64,000 bases of DNA from Dimorphilus gyrociliatus (Eukaryota > Animalia > Annelida). How positions within the stretch are numbered: position 1 is the first letter of the stretch; every line of letters begins with the position of its first letter. The notes under the pieces were generated by a model. The model was not told where the DNA came from, did not search any database, and worked only from the letters and a program-made list of their open reading frames with translations. The position numbers and the translations under genes are program-made. Positions 54,508 to 64,000 of this stretch are shown here, piece by piece. The stretch is taken from positions 2,785,891-2,849,890 of the forward strand of contig CAJFCJ010000002.1 of NCBI GenBank assembly GCA_904063045.1. Direction: 5' to 3'.

Positions 54508-54883
54508 TGTTTGTTTCTACGCGATCGGAAGGCAACCAGCTATTATTAACAATATCGGCTTACACATGAACAGTTTGAACGCAATACAGATGTTTTATAG
54601 GGAAAAAAATGTTTTATTGATTTTTTTCCATTCATACAACGTGGTACGATTAGAAAATTATAGGGTATGTTGCATGGGCTGTAAAATTAACGTAAAAAAT
54701 AAAAAAAAATTAAGCTATTTATTCCATTTCAACCAAAATAAATGAGGTAAAAGTGCATTTCTATTTTCTTTCATTCATCCATTCATCCCTTTCTCTATCT
54801 TCCTATTTCTGTCACTGTCTTTGGCTCTCTGTTTCTGTTTCTGTCTTTCTCTGTCTCTTTCTCTCTGTGTTTCTGTCTCTCTG

Positions 54884-54922
<39 letters not shown>

Positions 54923-57467
54923 GTTTTTGCTTTCTCTTTATACACATCTCTCTCCCTGCCTGCTTCTTTCTCTATATATGTTCATTAATTCTTTTCAAAT
55001 ATCCTTTGCTAGAATGCTTATGGATTGTCCTATGCAAATTAGCCTATAGTTTTTCATATATATTTATAGTACAAGAAAAATTTAACTTTAGTCGTCAATA
55101 GTTTTTATAGATTTTTTATCCTTATCAATGTACTGTGCAACATGTATTGTTTAAATTTGCACGTACAGTGTTTATATACATATATATATATAGTATATGC
55201 TGCATGTACTAATATAATTATTAACAATCAATCTAGAAATTAAACTTGAATGAAGCTAACGCAATAAGAAAGAATATTGTTACCCTCATTCTCTTATTCT
55301 TTATATTTTTACTTCCTACCTTCAACGAAAGTACAAAACAAAAAATAGGATATTTTATATCTATTTCCAACTCTTGTCACCTTCAACTTTACTAAAAATA
55401 ATCAAATAGTAGAAAAGTAGAATGAAGAAGATAAATGAAAAAGAAAAGAAGGATTCGAAAATTATAGACAAAGTATTGTCAAGAAGAAGGATTTATAAAA
55501 GAGAAACTGTCTGAAAACGAAGACGAGGACTGTCTCTTTTTTTTTCTACAAAACTACTTTATGAATTTATTCTATTACATGTGTTTTCTTTTCGATAAGT
55601 ATATTTCCGTTAAATGTAAATTGAAAATAAATTACAACGGTAGAATATACAGAATGTAGAATCCATTAATATAGCTTTTCACGCTTATGCTAAATTCTCT
55701 AACCACACTAGAATTAGTACATAGTAGTAAGTGAATAAAAAAGATTCTCATATCATTTTTCTGTATTTTGTCTTCCTTGTAAATTGGACAAGAAAAAAAC
55801 TAGAACTAGTTTTAAGAACGACATTTTCTCTATTAATTAACTTTTAAATGTTAATTTTCGAAATGTTTTCAATTATCCGATTCGATAGACAGCTAAGTGG
55901 AGGGGATGCATGAAAATCGGATGAATGGAGAGGATAGAGCGAAAGAGAATATATAAATAATACAAAAGTGGACTAAATACACTTAGAATAAATCTATATT
56001 TGTAAAAGAAAGAAAATTTTATAATCACACAACATACTAATATATTTATAATTGGAAAAATTGAAAAAAGGAGACATTTTTTCTTGAATTAATACTATTA
56101 AATATTTTAAAAGTAAAAAGAATTGGCTATAAGTTTAAAGCGAATTATATTACTATATTATAACTTTTATATGCAATGACATGTAGATCTTTGTAGGAAT
56201 CATGCTTCACTTGTAAAAGAAAATCTTTCCATCTTTATAAATTATTTATTGCTATTTTTTTTTCTATTATATTTCATACTTTCGTTTTAAACCAGGTACT
56301 ATTTATTATATTAACGATATACAAACCAGAAACGTAAACGGATTACACTATTTGTCTTATTATTCTTTGTAATATTCAATATTTTCGTCCTATTAAGTGT
56401 TTCCTGTCTCTTTTTTATAGGCTTAAAATATATTGTTTAGACGCTAAACTTTTGCTATAATAATAATATGTACTGCTATAAATTATATGTACATTAATAT
56501 ATGACACTACGCCACAAAGTAAATAATTTAAATATATACCGTAATTACTTGGTTGTGTTTAATTCCATCTCCGAAAAATTTCTCATTAGTATGCACTATA
56601 CAACTTTCCTCTATGCTTTCAAATGCTTGCATGATATTGCTTATATATTAGAGTCCGTTAACAGGAAATTTTTGAATAATTATCCTTCTAATTAAAGGTT
56701 CAGGTATCATAATTAGAAGCAATAAGAAAATTAAATATATTGTCAATAGATTTCCTTAAATACTTGTTTTAGCTATTTTATACGTTAGTTTTGTTATTTG
56801 TCATCTTTAATAGTCATATTTACCTTTAATCACTAGTATCATATATAAGAGTTTATAGAACAAACATCAAGAACAGCAGCATCATTATACAATATATTTT
56901 TAAATGTTAATTCTCAATAGATTATAACTTATTCAACAAATTGCTACACTTGCTATCCAATCACATTTTAGTGTCACTTCTTTTAACAATAGCGATGCCA
57001 TTATATTTGATACCTATTTTTTAAGAGATTCTTCTTAAAAATAGAATCTATAATAATTTAATAACACGATCGACTGCAATCCAATATCCACCGATTTATG
57101 GTCAGTATAAAATAGAAGCCCCGGGGAAATGGCTCATTTTTCCAATTTTGTTAGAAATGTTGATTAATTGTTTGTGGCGGCAAAATAGAATGTTTAAAGA
57201 TTATATGAAAAACTTGCCATAAAAATTATAAAGTAATTGACAGGATATTAAAAGTGGAATTTATTTCATTAACGTTAACTTTAACTTTTATCTCATCTCA
57301 AATATCTAAGATATTTTACGTCCTATTTTCTTTTCTCTTTCACTTCTCTTCACTTATTTCTTTTTATAAATAAAATATAAAAGAAAAGACTTCAGAATAT
57401 ATAATCAGAATAAAAAAGATTGTTTCAAGTTGATAAATATATTTATTATCTAATTTGATCCATACCT

Positions 57468-57502
<35 letters not shown>
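57468..57502. repeat. (CTAT)n tetranucleotide microsatellite
   Basis: Read directly. Confidence 0.9.
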
Positions 57503-57503
<1 letters not shown>

Positions 57504-60500
57504 ATCTCTCTCTTTCCTTCTGCTATATATATATATATAAATATATTACCACCATTCCACCCCTCTTCATCTTTTTCATCTTGGCTTTCTTCCTCTTTTT
57601 CTTTAATTAATTTTTACTTACTTGCCCTCTGTTTCCTTCTTCTGTCCATTACCTCTGGTTCCTTATTCTTTCTATCTATCTAACTATCTGTCATTATTTA
57701 TCATACACTTTTACTAAAGTTCCTTTTCTTTCATAACAAAAGAAATAAATCATGACAAATATAAATTGTAGATATTATGACTAATTATTATATCTCTTAT
57801 TCCTTTTTCACAAAATACTTAAAAAGAAAAGAATGATATTTATATAGTATAAAAAAGCATATTTTAGCTCTTTAAATTGGTTATATAGTATATCGCTCCT
57901 CATTTGCTAAATTGGTTTAAAACAATACGACTGATTAAAAAGAAATGGAATTAGCTGTAGTAAGATACGTAATATTTTTTAACTGTAGATCAAACATGAT
58001 TTTTGTAGAGAACTATTAGGATGAGAGAGAGAGAGAGAGAAAAAGAAAGAGAAATAGCAGGGTCGCGGAAGTATGGCCCAGTCATAGGAGAAGTGAAGGA
58101 ATGGAGATATTTAGATCTACTCTAAATTTCTAAGAAATAGTAATTTAGTAGGAGAAACAATTAAAACCTTAGCTTTGAATATCCAAACTATTGTTAAATG
58201 ACCGACCGGTAAGATATATCTGTTCGCTATCAATTATTTTCCGCATGTTGAAAGGTTTAGAATTCTCTGTCGTTTCCTTTGCTTTTTTCAACTTTAATCC
58301 TTAAAAATAGATCGAAAAGGCCGACCTTATCTAACCTCATCCTACGCTTCATATTGTTTGATATGTTTAAAGAGAAGGAAAGGGGCGGGGAAACATTTTT
58401 AGATGCTTTAAAAGGCCATCTATTTTATGAAAAAAAAAGTGCTGTAAACTGTTACAAATATATCTATATATTGACATAAATATAATATACTATATGTAAT
58501 TTTAAAAGCTAAATAACATATAAATTAGCCAATTTTTACAAAATAGAGAACTATTGAGAAAGTGAGAGTGATAAAAGTTCTCAAAATGCAATAAAATCTT
58601 TGGAACTAAATAAATTTTCAATTACAGATGCGCTCAATCTCTCAAAATGATATCGGATAAATCTCTTTACGTTAATCTCATAAAAAGCTACAGTAATCTT
58701 TTCAGCAAAGATCACTTGGATAAATTTATTCCGAATCGAAATATTCTTAAGCTCAGTCGTCATATTCAGCAAGAGAATATAAAGATATGTTTGATTAATA
58801 AATATTCTTTTCTAGTTTAGACTTTTTAGTATTATATGTTGAATGTGTGATAGAATATCATTCTATTTCATATATTATACTATAGAGATTGAAGATATAT
58901 GTAGATCTGAATAAAAAGTAGAGCCTACAAACAGTATATATCTTAATAACCCTTGTTATTTTTCTCTTTCTTCAATCCATCTTTTAAACCTTCGTTATTA
59001 AATCCCTTAACCTCCCTCCTTAATTCTATCCCCACTCCGACATTTCAATCATCCTTATGTTAACTTCAAACAAATGTAACAAATATGAGTGATATGTATT
59101 ATTTATTAAGAGAATATCAAATTTAATCAAGATAATTTTTAATGTTTAATTTAACGAGAGTTCAGTCGTTTATTCTTTTACAAAATTTTCGTTTTTTTAT
59201 GTTATAAATATGTTACTTTCTCTTTTCTTGTTCTCTCTCTCCATCTCTCTCTCTTTTTTTTTAATTTTTTTCTTTTTCTTTTTCTTCTTGTCAGTGTATT
59301 ATGCTTTTTAAAAAATTGAAATAATAAAATAAAAGGACAACTTTAGCTTCCTTTCTTGAGTAAAAAAAGAATAAATTCATTCTTTACACCTAGCAATTAT
59401 AGCTAGCCTCTTTAAAGCAAATAAAAGCGACAGTTGTTTAATTCTATTGATCATGATACGAATTATAAATTTCGTTCTTATATATCAAAATATAGAAAGG
59501 AATACTTCAGTATTTTAACAAGAAATACCGTTTTAAGCAATCTACGTAAACTGCGCCAATCTTTTCCAGTTTTTTGTACATTCTTAGAAATATATTTTTA
59601 TTTAATATTTATTATTTAAATAGGACAGCAGTATCAACATATTGCCCTTAAGAGAAGAGGAAAATCACGAATGAAAGACTTTAATTAGAAACACTTACGT
59701 GTTACCTCCCTTTTACTTTGAAGAACTACAAACAGCGATCTACCAGCACGTTTCCTTAACTATTCCCGTTTCATTAGGAGAAAATGAGGAAGAAAAGATG
59801 ATAAAACTGAAAAAATAGGTGTATGATAATTATTAAGATTACAAACTTTTGATTATCTTAATAAGGACAAGTTTATATCGTTTTGTGTAATAATATTCTC
59901 TTTCTTGTTTCCTTAGCGATTAGCAAACTAGTAAATTAAAAACCTTTTAACTAAAGTCATTTTTTTTTAAATTTTATCTACTACTTAAGGAAAAGAGGAT
60001 TCAGGACTTTTTCTATCTGTCACTCTCCCCTACCCTTCTTTCCACTTTACCTCTCAGTCTCATCTTCTGCCTCATCATCTACGCCATCTTTCCACATTTC
60101 CTTGCTTTAGTAGCTAACTCTTCAGCTGGTTATAACTCAAAATGAATTGGCAAGCAAATTATCATTTCATTGTCTATTTGGCATAACACCTTGTTAGCTG
60201 GTATGCATGGAAATGTTGAGTCAAATATTCTCATATGTTAGATCTAGCAACCACTAACAGCTGCGCCTATCAGAGTTTAATTCTCATTGTTTTGTCCGAA
60301 ATCTTTTCGTTTGCCATTCCTCCTCCTATTCATATAAACTGAAACTAAATGAACTGAGAATTAGGATTCCAAAGCAGTCTCAATTATCCATCTTCATCGG
60401 TTTTAGATATTTGCTCTTATTATTTAGGTCTTTCGTAACCTTTTAAATCAGACTTCTTAATCTCTTTGTATAATGATGGACTCGTGTTTCAAAGCCCCTA

Positions 60501-63196
60501 GACAATTCTTTAGCTATAATCATTAAGAATACAGACTATAGTACTCTTCGTATCATTATTTACCATGTAAAGGAAAGAGTTTAAGAAAACGTTCTGAGCA
60601 TTTCTCCTTAAACTCTGGAAGACTTTAATAATTTTACCCTCGTTAGATTATTCATCTTCAAGTAGGTATGTTCCCCTCACCGCTATGCTTACTTTTATAC
60701 AAAATCATCAATTAAATTCATAATTATCCGAAAATATATTTTAATAAAGCTGATATCAAAAACGAAGACTGATAATTCTTAATATTGATCAAATAGGTAT
60801 ACAAAGTATACAATTACGCTTATATAGATATGTTACAGTTACTTTTTAACTATATATATATATATATATAAACTATTTATAAGGTATAATGTATATTTAT
60901 TCTAAAAATAAAAAAGAAAAGAATTAAAAGGATATCGAAAGAATTGTTTAGTATTTTGAATTATTATTATTAATTATTGGACGTTATAAGTAGTGGTGAG
61001 AGTCAAGTTTCCTATCTATCATTTTGGGTCAATCTTGATTATTTCTAATTAAAAAGACATAAAGGTATATTAAGTAATTAACAGTTGTTTTATGAAGGTA
61101 ATATACAATTTATTATATTTGCTTTACATTATAGATGTCTATATATCTTATTAAAATAAATAGTTATTTTATAAAATAATGTTACGAAAGTAGTTTCATC
61201 TGCATTCCCTATGATATATACCTATATATATATACAGTATATAAATATAAATATATACTGTACACTGTATATAAATTATTAGATCTTTTCTAACAACGAA
61301 GTAGTGACAATTGCTTATCCTATTCTCCTTCCTCCTTCTTTTCCTCTGCTCCTCTACTCCTCGCCCCAAGCTAATGATTCATCTTTCTGATAAGATACAT
61401 ATTAAATTTTTAGAAAATATGGTTCATTTTACGTATATTTTATCGTTTACAGCAACGTCAATTGCTCAATTACGTTGTCCTTGCCAGACACCTACGAAAG
61501 ATCTCTCTAATGTTAAATTGTCAGTAGTTTCTAAAGGCTTTTAAAAAAATGAAATGGCATTTATTCGGTTATGTAATTTGAGAAGCTGCGGAACACCTAT
61601 ATAGCTTACTAATAAATAATTCACATGATCTATCTTTTTTGCGGAATATCTTCTACAAACGACTCAGAATGTTAAAACTCCATTTAGATATCAATAAGTG
61701 AATATGTACTGGAAAAGAAAAAAAGATGCAACGAAATTTTTTGCTGGCCTTTTGTAGCGAATACGAATATACTTCTACTTGGTCACGTTATTAGGTCACT
61801 TACCTTTAGCAGCCTTCATCTTTTAGTTTGGAAATTAAAAAGATTCTCTATGATTAGTTACAAAGAGGAGAGAGGAAAGAGGAAGAGAAGTTGAATAAAA
61901 ATAAACTTTAAGCCCTTATTTCTTTTATGTTTATAAAACAAGAAATAAGCTAATTCTGAGAGTTTATATAGAAACACACAATATATAATTGTGATATATA
62001 TATACATTTACTATATAAATAAGGTTTATGAAATGATGGAAAGAAGCAAAACAGTTTCATATTCTTAGTGTTGATCACTTCTCGGAGCGCTTGCTAATTA
62101 TATTAAAATCATAATCTACTTTCTTGTAAACTTATATAAAATATGTTTTAGAATAATTATTGTTTAGGTATTCTTTTTAATAACCCTTGTTTATTATAAT
62201 ATTATAGATCGGTTGAAGATATAAACTCCTTATTTCCTATTAAATTTATTTGTTCATACTTATATCAATTATTTAAATGGATCAGCGTCTAAGGCAATAT
62301 TGGTCTTCCAGCAGACATATTGTTCTAGCCGATGGCAAAGATAAATATTATAATCTTGATCAATACATCGTTAAGTACCAAGATCGAAGCTAAGAACCGA
62401 TCAAAATATAATCTGTCCTATAAGATTCCCTAATTTTTTTAACCGCACAGCTACATAGACAACGCTCTTTACGAATATTATGCTCCAAATTGAAAACGAA
62501 TCCATGTTTACATAGTTGGAGAACTATCATGGAGAAAATTCTACTGGAGGCCACTAATTCGATAATACTTTATGCAAAATACGATCTATGGGTGATTTAC
62601 CTTTTGAAATGCTTTCAAAGTTAACAGGCTTTAGCATAAAAACTAATTAACAAATTACCTCAGATGCTACCAGATTTTTACTCAGACTTTAGTCGAATAT
62701 AAGACGTTCTTGTAATTAAATAACTTAAATTTAACATCGGAAATTTTACACTAGTTGAAGTGAAAGTGGAAAAAGATACATCGACTTTATTGCAAGATAA
62801 ATTTTTGATTTAAGAGGAGTAAGAGTCACTAGAAAGAAATCTTCTAATACGAGACAATACGTTTGGAGAGGACAAAATGAAAGACACACTATCTTGTCTC
62901 TGTTCCCGATAGAAAAGTGTAGGTACTTCAAGTTTGGCTTCTTGCGTGATAGTAAGAAGTATCAGTGACGTCATAAAGACCACAAACAAAAGTACGGATT
63001 TTATTGTTGTTCGTTGACCTACCCTAATGAGCTGTCATGGAAAAGGCTATTTTTTCTTAGTCGGCTTAGAAACAACATAATTATTTCATATGTTGCATAG
63101 AAAAAAATCACAAATAAGTTACAGGTGGCGCTTCTGTAACAAAAAGTGCTAGAGAGCAAAAGGAGGCAAAGGAAATCGCTTTCTCTCATTCCAACC

Positions 63197-63455
63197 ATGA
63201 ACAACGTTTCGAACGAATCAAACTCAGAAGTTCCGGTATGGAAAGCAATGACGGCTTTAAAAATATCTGGAATTTGTGCCTACATAACAGTGTTTACAGT
63301 GGCCGTGGTCAACAATTTAATTGTTCTAACGGTGATAGTTACCCAGAAGAATATGAGGAATAGTACTAATTTATTCATTGGAAATTTAGCTGTGGCTGAT
63401 TTAACTGTTGCTTTTCTGGTTCAACCGTTCACTTTATTTCACGAGCTTTTGATGG
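63197..63455 (+). CDS. Class A (rhodopsin-like) GPCR, probably a neuropeptide receptor; first coding exon (N-terminus, TM1, TM2)
   Basis: MNNVSNES (two N-glycosylation sequons), TM1 ICAYITVFTVAVVNNLIVLTVIV, MRNSTNLFIGNLAVADL (TM2 LAxxD motif) and QPF. Phase 1 donor G|GTATTA at 63456. ACCATG is a good start context. The rest of the gene is not found in the window. Confidence 0.88.
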
Positions 63456-64000
63456 GTATTAATCTTTCACTATAAACAAATTCTTTTCTTTTATCAGGCT
63501 TTAAATGCGAAGTGTGAATTAACGTAAGACTACAATGTCTCATGTATACTTTTAAGACTACTATATTTTCTTAGCTGTCATTTTACTTTATGTAATACCT
63601 ACTATAGATTAAAAGGAAAATACATCCAACATTAGGCTTAATTTTATATTGTCTTTATTGTATTCTTTCTTAAATTTGAAACGTAGTTAAACTTGTTTTA
63701 GCTGTGCAAGTTGTCAATATCGTTCTTACCTTTTCCTTATTTACGATCTAACGATTTCTCATTGAAAGTTAAAATTTTTTTTCCTGTTTTTTTTTTTCCA
63801 ACAGAGAATTTATATTATAGACCTTACTCTTTTCCTCTAAAACAATTAAATAATATTAAATGAATAAGAGACAGAAAATATCTAATATTTAATATTAAAG
63901 ATGTGTAAAGTGATAATGAAGTATGAAAATGAACAGTGATAGAGAAATGCATTTATGACTGGATCTATTTATTGTACATACATTTTCTCTTACGTACGCT

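Noticed and set aside
53996-54550. Trans-splicing of the opposite-strand L1 tail cassette onto the plus-strand Ig ectodomain (mod(mdg4)-style)
   Set aside because: The ectodomain donor at 12875 is phase 1. The phase-1 acceptor of the minus cassette leads to an in-frame TAG, and the only stop-free acceptor is phase 0. No sequence support.
19062-55049. Numerous 60-110 aa ORFs with LSLSLS, REREER or YIYIYI runs
   Set aside because: Translations of (CT)n, (GA)n and (TA)n microsatellites; no coding signal.
60051-60100. Exon-like minus-strand segment (MWKDGVDDEAEDETE or MMRQKMRLR) with AG|GTAAAG donor; another GTAAGT donor at 59696
   Set aside because: Neither frame joins productively to the headless L1 exon or the MPDZ exon; possibly 5' UTR exons, not callable as CDS.
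62278-62636. Coding-looking short ORFs (MDQRLRQYWSS...; LHRQRSLRIL...) upstream of the GPCR
   Set aside because: No consistent splice model or homology; under 60 aa.
1-64000. Transposase/RT ORFs, tRNA, rRNA, snRNA, SL RNA, CRISPR arrays
   Set aside because: None recognised by eye; covariance-model searches (tRNAscan-SE, Infernal/Rfam) and RepeatModeler would be needed to exclude divergent copies.

Overview
AT-rich (roughly 70% AT), microsatellite-rich metazoan genomic DNA with very short spliceosomal introns (mode about 54 nt). This suggests a compact-genome invertebrate; the species cannot be determined from the sequence. The six-frame ORF track misses most of the real gene structure, so I rebuilt exons by hand from GT-AG sites and reading phase. 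Genes found: (1) first coding exon of Rab3 (minus strand, runs off the left edge); (2) head-to-head with it, a complete 9-exon class II POU (Oct-1/nubbin-like) gene; (3) a 14-exon L1CAM/neuroglian-like Ig receptor with about five Ig domains, no FN3 repeats and two phase-compatible transmembrane-plus-tail cassettes; (4) a matrin/U1-type zinc-finger (ZNF385/ZMAT-like) gene; (5) a FAM110 C-terminal-domain gene; (6) a five-PDZ MPDZ/PATJ-like gene (minus); (7) an unannotated 3-exon minus-strand micro-gene encoding only an L1-type transmembrane helix and cytoplasmic tail (FIGTY motif), with no visible ectodomain; (8) first coding exon of a class A peptide GPCR. The most interesting candidate system is the modular L1 set: one ectodomain with switchable tails, plus a separate headless tail gene. 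Non-coding signals include a cluster of POU-binding sites inside the POU gene, many CTCF/YY1-like motifs, and TA-C(A/T)G-TA interruptions in (TA)n runs that match Tc1/mariner excision footprints. No tRNA, rRNA, CRISPR array or transposase ORF was recognised.
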